A DNA stretch of 63,542 nt, filler included, from Atractiella rhizophila (lineage: Eukaryota), in the NCBI GenBank assembly GCA_021432655.1. It is 7 parts of 5 records of this genome, joined end to end, with 100 filler letters (N's around TTAATTAATTAA, not from the genome) between each part and the next. Parts side by side here need not be neighbours in the genome. Positions count along the whole stretch, not along the records: positions 1 to 22,727 come from MU271189.1; 6 more parts are not named here. One strand, 5' to 3'. The notes beneath the pieces are model-generated. The model was not told the origin of the DNA, searched no databases, and saw nothing but the letters and a program-made list of their open reading frames with translations. The stretch's first letter is position 1. Every line of letters starts with the position of its first letter. This document shows, one piece after another, positions 1 to 12,743 of this stretch. Made by a program: the position numbers and the translations under genes.

Positions 1-211
1 CCAGGGCAGACCAAAAGATGCACGGCACACAGAGGATGTGGATTGCGATGTTGACATGGTTAGAATGGTAAGCGCCGTAGAAGGCGAACTGTTCTATAAA
101 GGCCATCTGTCTCGATCACCCTATCCCTCTTCTAAGGTGAGGAAAGAGCTTACCTTCGAGCGAGAAGACTTTCGCGAGCCCTTTTTTCGGGGTAGTGGAG
201 GTGGTGGCCAT
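1..211 (-). CDS. Mpo1/DUF962-family membrane protein, 5' part (runs off window start)
   Basis: Hand splice: exon 211-154, GT-AG intron 153-94, exon 93-1 gives MATTSTTPKKGLAKVFSLEEQFAFYGAYHSNHVNIAIHILCVPCIFWSAL, matching the YH.N.VNI.IH..CVP motif of DUF962. Not in the ORF track. Confidence 0.8.
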
Positions 212-958
212 CGTTCAAATCGATTCACACTGCAGCCAAATACTCCTATGTTAGTACGGGTGATATTCGACAATGATATTTCGTACCTCAAAACTGAAGA
301 ATCTCGTTGCGCGCGAACGATCGAAGGTGTCCTTCAAGCAAAAGATGATTCTTCGTACCCTTCAGAAAGAAGGCAAGGTCTCTCGATGCGTGATGGTCGT
401 CGTTGCGAGCTCCTTTAAAGACGTGCGCGAGCTCGTGCATGGTGTGGGGTAAGCCGGACTTGTCTTATGCCGGAGCCGGAAGCCGCGAGAGAGCGATCAG
501 AATGCCAGAACTGGGGCACGCGTTTTCTTCTCCTTCCACAGTCTTAGTTCAAGAACAAATCTCAGAGATGACGAAGTCGAGCAGCCACATTGCTCATTCA
601 TATCGGAAACGGACTGAGCGAGCGAATTCAAAGACGCTACCCAAGGGGAAAGATAACGGGACAGGTATCACCTGTTGTTTGCTGTTTGAGCTTCAGCGCT
701 TGAGCTGCAAGGCTGATGGGGATGCAGTGTGAAGCAATAAATTGTGAGGATTTATGCATCAAACGCAGTACTCAACGTACTGAGCAGCGAGCGTTTTGAC
801 CTGACCAGGCAAAGACTGCGCACATAGTTTGTGACTCCTGCGTACGTCCCTACCTTCAAGACACAATCAATGCGAATGATCTCACACATTCATGTTCCAG
901 CTTGGAGCTGGTGCTCTCAGCCTTCCACATACTGTCTCGCGTTGGGCTGTCGTCAACA

Positions 959-1724
959 ATGCCTAGCTGCAGCGATTGTTTAGGGCTCGCGGCGATGATA
1001 TGCTTCTTGCCCTTTTATCCTTTCTACATGGTGTATCGTGTCGGAAGGCGTACAGGAAGGGCAGCTTCTCAACAACATCGTCGAGAGAAATGGTCAAGTA
1101 GGTCTTCCACGCCAGTGCTTGTTTTTGAAAGCTCATTAAGCAACAGAGCAAGCCCGCTCGAGTAGGAAAGACCTCCTCAGAATCGCGCAAACAAGACATC
1201 TCCTCCTACGTAAGCTCCCCGTCGAGCTCGTAGATGAAATACGCGCCTACGATCCAGAGACGCACTATCCTTCTTTCGTCACCAGCAGTTCTATACCCCG
1301 ATGGATCCCGCGTTGTGTTTACTTTGGCGCCTCAGGTCGGGGCCCTTGCATTGTTCTCGCTCTTCGCATCAGGGGCAGCGGCTCCTCCCATCCCGTCCGA
1401 AGATTGACAATTTGCACGGAAGGCATGAATGAGATAGGTGCACCAACCATTCTCTGGTTTAGAGCATGGAAAGTGGGAAGGGAGGAAGATTGCGAATTTA
1501 ACCTCGACGGCCCTCAAATTGAGCATGGCTTCTTCTTCAGCTCTCACCAGCTCACATATGACGAGCATGTCTACAACACCGGGCGATATTTCTTTTCACA
1601 TGGGTTGTGTACAAGCAGTTCTGTCTGGGAAGCTGATCATCCAGCATTACGCTCCTTGCAGATGGGAGACAGATTGGTTATCGTGGTTAGCTGTGCGCCA
1701 TTCTTTCAACCTAAAGATAGGTGA
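959..1724 (+). CDS. hypothetical protein, spliced; 3' end uncertain
   Basis: Open frame 1143-1724 (RHLLLRKLPVELVDEIRAY...PVRRLTICTEG...LWFRA...LRSLQMGDRLVIVV) resembles a recurrent uncharacterised fungal family with an F-box-like LPxELxDxI lead; probable first exon from ATG 959. Confidence 0.45.
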
Positions 1725-2061
1725 TGAACTGATGTATGTTCCGTTGCAGCCGTACGTTACCTTTTGGAGAATGCTCGAGCCCAACTTTGGTGCATGTGAA
1801 TTGTGAGTTACTAAAACAAGGCAGTTAATTTACAAATTATCGTGTTGCGCATTGCCCCCTGTTTGATGAGTCCCAGCCTCACAGTCCTGCTTGCGAATTA
1901 GAGGTCACGCAAAGGCAATGATTTGAGCGCAGTAAACATGCACGAGTGAGTAAATAGGAATTGTGCATTTATTCAAAGCTATAATCATCAAGTCGTTCAT
2001 CGTTATACATTTTATGAAATGCGAACTTAGATACTTGCTTCGGGAAAGTCGCGTAGGGTAT

Positions 2062-3854
2062 TTAAAAAGGCCAATTCCCCATTGTTCCCTCTCCTCCATC
2101 TCCTCCTCTCTGAGCACTCTGCAAAAGGATCCTCAGCGCCTCATCCGGATTCATACCCAATCCACCTCCACCAAGCATTCCACCCATCGCTCCCATACCA
2201 CCTGCGTCTGGATACGATGACCTCCGCTCATGAACCGGATGATGTGGGTTTGCATATCCGTTCCCTCCAGCTATCGGACTGTGAATGGGCAATCCAGCGG
2301 AGACCGGAGAGAGCGAGAAAGGCGATGTCGATCCGTTGCCTGCTCGTGCAGACACGTGGTTGGAGGTCGATGGGGAGGTGACGATCGATAATCGAGGAGT
2401 GGGCTTTGCTAGTCCCCTCGAGCCGGAGGAGGATGCTTGAGGTGGTTGTGGAGCTCGATCTTCTTCGTCAGCGTCGCCGTCTGTGCTCTTTCGCTTTCTC
2501 TTCGTCGTTTTGATTGCAGGCTTCGCCCTGTACACAAGAAGTGTGGTCAATATCCTGCCTTTTTGAAGGAGGAAAGACACACTTGTCGCCTTCTCTCTGA
2601 AGGGTTGCTAATAACCTCAAAGGATGTTCCCGATGCCTCGAGTTGCATGTAGCGAGATGTTCCCTCACGACAGATGGTCTTTTGAAGACGTCCTGAGACA
2701 ATGTGCCGAGGAAGGAGAATCCACAACTGCACTTCTTAATGCCTAAAGCTTGCCCACGGATCCACTCGTTTCTGTAATTCACACATCCAACATGGCAGCA
2801 TTAGCAGAATTTTGGGAACCAAAGGATAGACGAACCCAGGTCCCTTTCCCGTAAACGGCCACACTTCCTCACCGCTCCCCTTCTCAAAAACTCTCCAGTA
2901 GCTTCCAGCACTGAGCCTAATCTCCATCAATCCCTCCCTCAGGCCTCCAGCAGTCATCAGCTCCGAAGCAGACGATCCAGCGACGGGGGCACCATTCGAG
3001 GTATCCCAATAGAAAATCAGTGGCTCAGTAGACGGGAGGACATCGAGGTGTGGGGGCGCCTTTGGGGGTGGTACTACTGGCAGTGAAGGTTTTTTCTTCT
3101 TCGATAACCCTGCCGGTCCTGCAGAGACCGGTTTGGAGCTGAGCGGCGCAGGAGCAGTGCTGGAGATGGTGCTGGACGAGGAGGAATGATGGTTAAACAT
3201 GGAGTCATTCCCTCCCATTCCTGGAGAGGGACCACCCAGTCCTCCAACCAGACCCATTAGCGAAGCGCTTCCGGCGCCAGGAGAGAGGTGTGAGGGAGAA
3301 CAAGATCGTGCCCTTTGATCCGCAGTGCTGCTTGATCGCCAAGGGGTGAGAAAGCTCGATTGAGTTGGACCGGACGGTGGAACGGAACTTGTGCCCGCCA
3401 TTGAAGAGAGAGGGGAAAGGTCTTGATACCCTGTAGATCCAGCGTAAGGAGATCCTTGTTCAAGTGGGGATTGCGCTGCTTGAGAAAATCCATTAATAAA
3501 TCTAGCTGAGGAAGGAGACAAACACGCACCTCCTGGGCTCTGGTTATGTCCTTGATTCACCATCAAGGTCCCCACTCTTCTCACGACTTCCTCACTCTGA
3601 AATAGCAACCTCACCTGCTCCCAGCTCATAAAAGCTCCAAGTTCATGGTTGGCGGGCAGGAATATGCCTTCTGCCGTTGCGCGTATTCCTTGCTCAGAAA
3701 GGACGGAAGGGAGGTCGTATGAGCTTTGCTCTGAGGGATTGAGAAGCTGGGTGGAAGAGGGAAGTGGGGGATAAGAGATGTAGGGCGAGGACAGGGGATC
3801 GAAGCTAGCATGTTGGGGTTGAGTTGGGTGTTGTTGATGCGGATCCATGTGCAA
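2062..3854 (-). CDS. hypothetical low-complexity nuclear protein with possible Zn-binding segment
   Basis: Three overlapping minus-strand ORFs (372, 104, 172 aa) linkable by short introns; CSC...H...C segment and basic KTTKRKRK NLS-like run. Confidence 0.55.
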
Positions 3855-6046
3855 AGATGCGGGAGAGGAGAGAGAAGACAGACTGCTGCTGTCAGCTGCA
3901 GGAGTGGATGCGAAGAGGGATTGGTTGAGTTGTTCCCACTGAATCTACGAGACTGCGTCAATAAACGTAGTACTGACTTCGGAAAGCAGTACTCACCTGG
4001 GAAAAGGATAGTGGGTCGACAACGAACGGATCGTTGAAAGAGTTCATTAATTCTCGATCAAGACGTTCAATGCGAAAGGTATTCAAGAATGAGTTGATGT
4101 TCAATAGTCTTGGCAATGACTTGACGCTTGATCAATTGATCAATTGAGCTTGGTGCTTGCAAAGTCGAAAGCAGCCCGTGCAGAGATGTTCAACTCACTG
4201 CCAACGTAAAAGCGCGTCAACTTCTGTCCCTCCATCAGCCTCTCCATTTTAACGTGTCCCTCGCATCCTTCGCACGGAGCGCTCCAGCGGGTGGCTTGTT
4301 ACGCCTCTGAGCGTTCCACAGCCATCTCCAGCATTCGAAGGAGCAATGAGACCATCATTTCTGAGATGCAACGCGTTAACGATCAAAGAATTCCGAGAGC
4401 TTCGCCTTGACGTGAGACAAGGTTTTAAGTTTGTCGGTCGGAATTAGGCAACCTTGCTCCTCTCCTCATCCAGAACTACCAAAACAATATCTCAAACCTC
4501 TCAAAAATGGCAGGATAGACCATCCTCGACCTGTGTTACATAGCCATGTAATTTTTGGAGCGTTATCGACCTTAGGAGAGCTGGAAGAAAGCAGGCACGT
4601 GATCCCCTTCACTCACAAAATTGCACAGCCCGATATTGTCGACGTTGTCGAAGCTGCTCAAAGGACGACAAAAGGCTGGGGCTGTGCACAGATTGTTGAC
4701 ATTTTCAGCTCCGCAAGCCTATGATCCTCGCGCTACACAGCACGGTGGACAGTCCGTTCTGTTCGGTTGCCTGTGATCCACTTCCAAGTTTCAACTGGAG
4801 GCTTTGATGTTGGTACAGCGTGTGTTGATTGGAACGGAGACCACGCCGTGTCCTTCTCCGTATGAAAGATTGCAAGCTGTACTTGCTATACGTCTACTCC
4901 AATCTCACATCCAATTCCATTCGTCACCTCCAGCTGAGTACAACAAAGTGGAGCTTAATATATATTTCTTCCCGTACTATTTAGGGGATTCTCTTCTCAA
5001 GGTTAGTTAGCTTACAACTAGCCTTGCGCGGAGTCCAACTCAGGATGTAGTAAGGGTTCTTTCTTTCCGAGTTCCGTCTATCAGCTTCTGCGTTCCTTTC
5101 CTTCACCATTCCGTAGTATTCGGCGGAGGATGTCGATCATATTATCAAAGTTACCCGCATACTGAGGTACGTTGCGGGATGAAGATTTACGGAACGGGGA
5201 ACTGTGATATTCCCAAGAATATTTCCAAAACAATATTAGTGGAAAGAACCCCGAGTGATCTCCTTGGGTGCCGTAGCCCCCGTAAGCCGCCGGAAGGGCC
5301 CAAAAAAAATCCGGAACAGGCTGAATCGCTTTCCTTTCATAATTACAATATCATCGTTCTGACAAGAGAGACAATCTGCAATGCCAGTCTTTCGATTGTG
5401 AGATAATCTGTTACATTACATGTGAGATTCAATGGTAGTACTCCTTTGCTTTGTGGTTTTCTTGATTTTTACCAAAACTCCACGTTTGATGGTAAATGTC
5501 GTTGGGGCACATGGGACGTTGTCTTTCGACTTCCTTTATGTTCTGGAGAGGCATCAGCCTGAGAGAAGCAACGCTTTGACTGTTGGTACCAAAGCCCAAA
5601 TTAGTGTAATGCCTAGCTTCTTTTCATGAATACTGAGAGATAAGTTGACTACTCGCTGGGCAGGCGGATTGGCTCGATTGTCCATGGCGCAATATTTTCC
5701 GGGTCCGCTAGAGACTTCTCCTCATTCCCCATCTGACATTTAATATTCAACTGTCTGCAAAAGCAGAAGTCGATGTCGCGATCCCTCACTTTCTAGCCAT
5801 TTCTATCTGCGGGTACCCGCTTTTGTGGGAGGGGATGGAAACCCGAGACGCGTGGGAGGACGTTCTATCAGTTCTCCCCGCTTCTTCGCAGCTTCCACAC
5901 TTGTGCCCGCCGATGCCCTCCTGACCTGCGCTTCCAGTCACGAAGCGAGCGTGCAGTGTGGCTGAAGCTGCTAAGCTCGTCACGCACTTGCTGGATATAG
6001 CTCTGCGTCGGGAAAGGTGCGGTGGGGATGGCAGGTGAGGCTTGGG

Positions 6047-6054
6047 TATAAATA
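6047..6054 (+). promoter_or_regulatory. TATA box of lipase 1
   Basis: TATAAATA about 90 nt upstream of ATG 6140; conserved at the same position in the paralog. Confidence 0.6.
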
Positions 6055-6139
6055 CGGCGTTGGTTAGAATTATTCTTCAGAGCAAAGTTTTCTCTGTTCT
6101 CTGCAGCGCGAAGTTAAGCTAACAGTAAAAATTGTAACG

Positions 6140-7369
6140 ATGCGTCCCTTCTCCGTTGCTCTTGCTGTTGTGTCTTTTCTGGTCGGAACCACCGTCGCTG
6201 CTCCAGTCTCTCACTTGGAGAAGCGAGTCACTCAATGTAAGTTTTATTTCTTACAAGAGAAAGCAGTGTTGACTCTCAACCTAGCCGTGTACGATGAGCT
6301 CGTCTATTACTTCCGTTACGCGTCCTCGGCTTATAGCGACACCTGCGCGAAGCCCAATGGGAACACCTTCGTCCTCCAGATCGATAATTCAGGCACGAAT
6401 ACGCAGGGGTTCATTGCTCGCGACGACAACAAGAAGGAAATCATAGTTGCCATGCGTGGAACGACGAACGTTGCCGATGGGTTTACGGAGTGCGTTGCAT
6501 CGTCTACTGCCTTCTTTAGCTCAGCTTCCCCGCATTTTTAGTATCAGCATCATCCAGAAGAAGTACAGTTCCGTTGGTGTCACCCCCGCCGACGATGTGT
6601 ATGTTCACAGCGGTATGTTTCCATTCGTCAATGTCAAACATGGCGGCTGAATATTCTTGTTAAGGATTCCTGAATGCCTGGAACTCTGTTGCACAGGTCG
6701 TCATCAACGCTGTTAGTGCACAACTGGCAGCTCATCCAGGCTACACGATCGTGACCACCGGGCACTCGCTTGGAGGTGCACTCAGCTCCTTGGCTGCTGT
6801 GAGCATGAAGGGGAACTTTCCCAACTCGTGCGTCTCCCTATACTTGGTGGGACGGGAGTTTCCTTCCTGACTCCATTTTCCAGACCAGTCCGAATGTACA
6901 CTTACGGCCAACCCCGAACTGGAAACAATGCCTGGGCTTTCTGGGTCAATAGTCTCTTTGGAGAGAACGCAAAACGAGCAGTGAACGCTGATGATGGAGT
7001 GCCAACACTCATCCCGACTTGGATCGGTTATCGCCATCACGTGCGTAGAACACCTTCTAATTCTCGCGGGATATTCACTGTGCCTGTCATGAAGGGCATC
7101 GAATACTGGACAGAGACCTCCCCAGCCACTCCCGCCGACACTGTCAAATGCGCTGCAGATGGAGAGGTGAGCTTTGGTCTTCAAAGTTTGTCTTTATACC
7201 TGTCGCTCATGTGCACAAAGGACCCCAACTGCTCTGCATCTAATCCAGGAGGAATAAACTCCGATCATACGACTGTGAGCTTAGATATTCGTTTTTCCCC
7301 CACTTACGACCCCTAATACTCTGAATGCAGTATTACAATACCGCCTCACTTGTGGCTTATTGCAGCTAA
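6140..7369 (+). CDS. secreted class 3 lipase (alpha/beta hydrolase), copy 1
   Basis: Signal peptide plus LEKR propeptide, IIVAMRGT, GHSLGG nucleophile elbow, YTYGQPRTGN, DGVP, C-terminal His (DHTT); multiple GT-AG introns; last exon 7331-7369. Confidence 0.92.
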
Positions 7370-7770
7370 GCCAAACGAACCAAAAATGATGATGATCTGA
7401 CGAACATCTCAACGAAATGTATTAAATGCAGCTGTACCAATGGAACAAGCATCAAAATTCGCCAGAGACTTTGCTCGTTCCTAATTTGTTGAAGTATCAC
7501 ATATCAATATTGATCTGCAGTTTGCAGAAGAGCTGAAATGGGAAGCGAGGGATCGCAACTTCGGTCTGCGGAATTCGCATTCGATGGGTGGGAGGTGGGA
7601 TCGAAAGCCGAGACGCGTGGGAGGACGGTCTATCAGTTCTCCCCGCCTCGCAGCCTCCACACTCGTGTCCTGCTGATCAGGCGCAAAGAGAGCTGCAGTG
7701 TGGCTGGAGCTGTAAGATCAGCGCGTAGCTGGATATAGCTCGACGTTGACTGTGGGTGAAGATGGGTGGG

Positions 7771-7778
7771 TATAAATA
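7771..7778 (+). promoter_or_regulatory. TATA box of lipase 2
   Basis: TATAAATA about 90 nt upstream of ATG 7863. Confidence 0.6.
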
Positions 7779-7862
7779 GGGAGTGGTGATGGCATTGCTC
7801 ATCAGAGCACAGGTTTGTCTTTCAGGCGTCGTGTGTGAGTAGCAAAGGTTGTGAGCTCGAGG

Positions 7863-9097
7863 ATGGGTCCCTTTTCCGTTGTTCTTGCTGCTCTCTCCCT
7901 TCTGGTCGGAACGACGTTGGCGGCTCCCGTCTCCCGCTTGGAGAAACGAGTGGATCAATGTACGTGCCTTACTTCCTTCTCACACAAGGAATCAACTGAC
8001 TCTCGAATAAGCCGTGTATGACGAGCTCCTCTATTACTTCCGTTACGCGTCCTCCGCCTATGGCGACTCTTGCGCCAAACCAAACGGCAATACTCTCGTC
8101 CTCCAGATCGAGGACCTGAACACGGACACTGAGGGATTCATTGCTCGTGATGATAACAGGAAAGAAATTGTTGTCGCTCTCCGTGGATCTTCGACTATTG
8201 ACGATGCGTTTACGGAGTTCGTTACGTCTTCACCTGCCTTTTTTGACTCATCTTTCGTGGACAAACAGTGTCAGCATCCTCCAAAAGCCATACAGTTCAG
8301 CTGGTGTAACTCCCGCCGACGATGTGTATGTCCACGGTGGTACGTCTGCATTGCCAGCGCCGAACTGGGACTGAAATATTAGCAGGATTCCTTGATGCCT
8401 GGAATTCGGTTGCACAAATTGTCATCGACACTGTCAAGGGACAACTCGCATCTCATTCCGATTACACGATCGTGACAAGTGGACATTCCCTCGGTGGCGC
8501 TCTCAGCTCTTTGGCCGCTGTTAGCATGAAGGGGAACTTTCCCAACTCGTTCGTCTCCTTATACTTGGTGGGAGGGGGGTTTCCTTCCTGACTCCATTTT
8601 TCCAGACCGGTACGGATGTACACTTACGGCCAACCCCGAACTGGAAACAATGCCTGGGCTTTCTGGGTTAATAGTCTCTTTGGAGAGAATGCGAAACGAG
8701 GCGTTAACGCAGACGATGGAGTGCCCACACTTATACCCGTTGAAATTGGTTATCGCCATCACGTGCGCACACCTACTTTTTCCGCTACAAGATATCGTAA
8801 TCTGTTTTACCATGAAGGGTATCGAATACTGGACGAAGGATTTCCCTGCCACTGCTAGCAACACGGTAAAATGTGCTGCAGATGGGGAGGTGAGCTTTGA
8901 GCTTTCAGTTTGCTCTTGTACCCGACGCTCACATCTAGTGAGACAGGACCCGAACTGTTCTGCATCTATCCCTTCAGGAGGAATAAACCTTGGGCATACC
9001 ACCGTGAGTGGAGACATCTCATCGTTATTCCTTCCAACGTCTAATTTGTTGAATGCAGTATTACAATACTCTCGCAATCGTCCCTTATTGTAGCTAA
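7863..9097 (+). CDS. secreted class 3 lipase, copy 2 (tandem paralog)
   Basis: MGPFSVVLAALSLLVGTTLAAPVSRLEKR start, IVVALRGS, GHSLGG, YTYGQPRTGN, GHTT; same intron positions as copy 1. Confidence 0.92.
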
Positions 9098-9888
9098 GCT
9101 GATGATGTCCTATCGAACTTGAAGCGTCGCATTGACATTTTGTACTGCTAGTGAACTGTAACTGTAGCCTAATTGAAATTGCGAAGTTATGTGAGTTGGG
9201 GTTCACCTTGACCGAGTGAAAGAATTACCATGCCTCATCAGACGGATGGTCACAATCACGGATCTCGGATGTCGGATGTCACAGTTCAAACCACTTGCAG
9301 AACAGCAAGTGCCACAACTTAGTGCCACATATCTGAACGTTTATTTTGCTAGCGTTCGAAAAAACGCGACAGTGGCGCTTTGGCGGAGTGGTTAACGCGA
9401 TGCCCTGCTAAGGCATTCCCTTCGGGGGCGTGTGTTCGAATCACACAGGCGTCGAACTTTTTCCAGCTGCGTTTCATCCTCTCACTCTCGCTGACTTTGG
9501 CATCTGCGTAACGTAATAATGATTGCTTCGGTTGCAATGGCAATTCCTTATCTAACCGTCCACCGGCTCTCACGCATGCTTTTTCATCAGTAGTCTCTTA
9601 ATATGAATCGTGCAACCACAATCTATGATACAACATGCGGCCATTGCTTGCTCCTGGATCGCCTCAAAGTCTTCTTCCAAGTTTCCATTCAAGTTACTTT
9701 CAACTTGATTGGAGCAGGAAACATGTAGATCCTAAGTTTCTTTGGTCAGGTACCTATCTACACGGGTCGTATATATACAGAACCGTTGCTGATGACTGGA
9801 AATGAACTTCCTAAGGAACATGACAAGAACAGAAAAGAAAGTGTTGAAAAAGAAACCACCTTAAGGACTACACTCGGGCAGGACTACA

Positions 9889-11436
9889 TTACCAAGCAAA
9901 GATTGGCGTAGGCACCCGCTCTATTTCCCTTCGCTGTATCAGTGATCTTTGATCCTCCACCCAGGTTTTGGTTTGCTGTAACCCTCCACCTCCGCCTCCG
10001 CTCCTCACTGGATCAACATCCTCATCGTCATCGGTATTAGCATCGTCCAGCCACCGTGCCGCTCCGCTCATCCATATGACGTCGCCTAAAGCCTTGTGAT
10101 AGAAGGCAAACATTCCGGAGATATCCTCAACTTCATGGCCATCTTTGTCTCTCACAGTCGTAGCTAGAAGCGCGCTCGACTCGTGATATGTTCTACCATA
10201 ACTTCCTGGGAGTCCCTTTTCCCGTTCCAAGTCAATCATCTCTTGCAGTAAGGCGTCATCCCTTGCAGTCCAGGTTCTCCCTCTCGGAAGGTCCTTCATG
10301 CGAGTATAGTCGGTGACTATTGCAGAATCAAACTTGTTGCCACCATTTCGTAGATGCAGAATCTTCTTCATAATCAGCAGGTTAAATGCGGAGTAAATAC
10401 TTGAATTGCTCACCAAATTATTACTTTCATCCCTCTCAAACCACACTTGGAACGACCCAACTCGTGCATGAACCGATGAGTGAATAAGGATCATATTGGC
10501 AGGGGTGTCGCATACTGCTTCATGATATTCAGCGCCGAAAATCCGCGAGATCCAAGGCCAAAACTATTTTTACAGTCAGGAATATTCAATAGAGATCTCG
10601 TCAAAGCTTACGGGTGATGGTACTTTCCATGGCAAGAGGTGGGCCACTTGACAAGGGTCGTCTGCTTTTGGAATTCCAGATACTCGGCAGCAATTGTTAT
10701 CGCGCTTGCAAACCTAGCACTCAATAAGCAAGGTAATGAGAGAACAGAGTAAGACGAGAACATTCGCAATATGGCGGCCATTTCGGGAGTTGGCACTAGA
10801 GGGAAGAGAAGGGGGAGGAGCAGCAGGAGCTGAGGTGGTTGACTTGACGGATGCGTCTGAGTAAGGCACACTTGATGCGGGAGTTGCCGGTTTGGTGGCT
10901 TTCGCTATCACTGCCATTAAACCCTTTCAACAAGAAACAAACGACATGCCTACGCAGATACACTGACTCTTCATATTGCGAATGAACGACCGTAATCGGT
11001 GTCGACACCTCAGGACGAATTCAGCAAAGCTCCGACTGAGCTTCTCAGAAGTAACGTGCTCTTCGACGGGTCTCCTTTTGTTCACCTCCTCCACGACTGC
11101 CTTTCGATCCCATCGAATGAAGCCTTTCAAAATGTCTCTGTCCTCTTTCGCATCTTTAGAGGACAAAGTTATCATCTTCTTCTCGTGATTCATCACAAGG
11201 ACCGCTTCAGGCGGTTCGAGTTTATCGATTAACCCCAAAGTAAGCTGGATTAGATCGCGGTCAGAGAGCTGTTCCACGGATTCCTTGACAGATTCCGGTA
11301 GATCGTGTCCTGGATAATCTAGCACATCGATTTCCTGTCCTAGCTGACATGGGGGAGGGGCTTCAGCTACAAGCTCGTCGAGCAGGTGCTGAAGGTGACG
11401 AGAAAGTGGAGCGGGTTCTGTTGTTGGCGCAGACAT
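9889..11436 (-). pseudogene. fungal HNH (HNH_2-type) endonuclease-domain gene, copy 1; apparent premature stop
   Basis: Spliced exons read VCKRDNNCCRVSG...CQVAHLLPW and DTPANMILIHSSVHARVGSFQVWFE (RDxxCxxTG/AH/N/H..WF pattern). In-frame TGA at 10927-10929 where the paralog has CGA. Confidence 0.65.
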
Positions 11437-11701
11437 TAAAGGAAAACTGATTCTCACTTTTATTGCCTGTTGGTCTGATTCTCACTTTTATCGCCTGTTG
11501 GTCCGGTGGTTTGGTTGTTGGTTGGTGGCGTTTGAGAATGAGGCACATTTCACGATCCCGTCCATTTACCTGGTTGTCATCAACCTTTCACCAACAACCT
11601 ATGCCCCCCGCTCATCGCTACATAGCTACTGGCTCACCTCATAGTATTCTTTTCTTCAAGTTACTTTCAACTTGATTGAAGCAGGAAACATGTAGATACT
11701 A

Positions 11702-12743
11702 GAGAGGGTTAGGAAATTCAAAATTTGACTTTTTTCAGACTCGGAAATTCAAAAATTGCAACACACAGTTTTCTATATCCTAATAGGTACAGTCATTTGC
11801 AAAATTAGTGTCGTTTCTCGCTCGTCGTCAACTTCATGCCGGCCACTCTCCGGGTGGCAAATTTACGTCATTGTCCGTGACGGCGCAGATCACGTGCATG
11901 CAGCGAATGATTTCTTGGACATTCTGTTTCGAAAGAGAGCTTAATAGGTAGGAATGTGAACACACATCCTGGGATGCACATTAGACCATAGGAATTTGCC
12001 TGAAAGACATGTCAAAAGGCGTTTGTTGGACTTGTTGAGTGTTGACGCGTGACCAAAAGCGCCAGCCTGCGCCGCTTTGCGACGCGGAAGGCGGCCGGCA
12101 TGAAGTTGACGACGAGCAACAAACGACACTAATTTTGCAAATGACTGTATTTGAGGCTCCCTGGATGTCTATAAAGTGATTCTGAGGCCGATTGAGTGGA
12201 TCTTAAGGAAGATATAGCAGCCTTGCAGCATCTGGCTGTAGTTGTGCAGTAGTTTTTCCTGTAGTGTTCACGACGTCAACCAGTGTCAACCAAAATGCCT
12301 TCACCAATGCTCTCTACCACCCTGCACGGAATACTATTTGGCTCTCAAGCCCCTGCTAGAAGCTCCATCGTCAACATACTCGAAAGTTGTACAGGAGAGG
12401 AGGATATTCTTGACATGAGAAGCTGTCAAACTTTAGTGACCATACAACGGAGAGAATAGTACTCACGAGAATAGGTATTGGGGGGCTTGCAACGCCTCCT
12501 GACCTAGTTGTAGTTGGACTTGATGGCATGTAGATGGTGAATGTCGTTCCCAGAAAGTGCCGCACGTGATGTATGTTCCCCTCAAAATTCCATGACTTCA
12601 AACAGCTCTCCCTCAGTCCACAGCAACCACAGCAAGAACAGAATTGCAGCTACAAGCTCAGTGACTGTATTTCTACATTCCTATTGCATTTTTACAATTT
12701 ATTTGAAAATTCAAGAAACTTTTTTGAATTTCCTAACCCTCTC
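11702..12743. mobile_element. non-autonomous TIR DNA transposon, 1042 bp, 22-bp TIRs, 5-bp TSD
   Basis: Left end GAGAGGGTTAGGAAATTCAAAA (11702-11723), right end its perfect complement (12722-12743). TACTA duplicated at 11697-11701 and 12744-12748. The paralogous empty site (tgtaga-tccta-agtttc) is at about 9724-9740. Confidence 0.88.
11790..12147. mobile_element. MITE, Tc1/mariner-type (CAGT...ACTG, TA TSD), 358 bp, nested in the larger element
   Basis: 55-bp TIRs with 2 mismatches (CAGTCATTTGCAAAATTAGTGTCGTTT...), TA at 11788-11789 and 12148-12149, no coding capacity. Confidence 0.9.

Noticed and set aside
4131..4147. Palindromic TCAATTGATCAATTGA
   Set aside because: Short 8-bp duplication with no supporting context.
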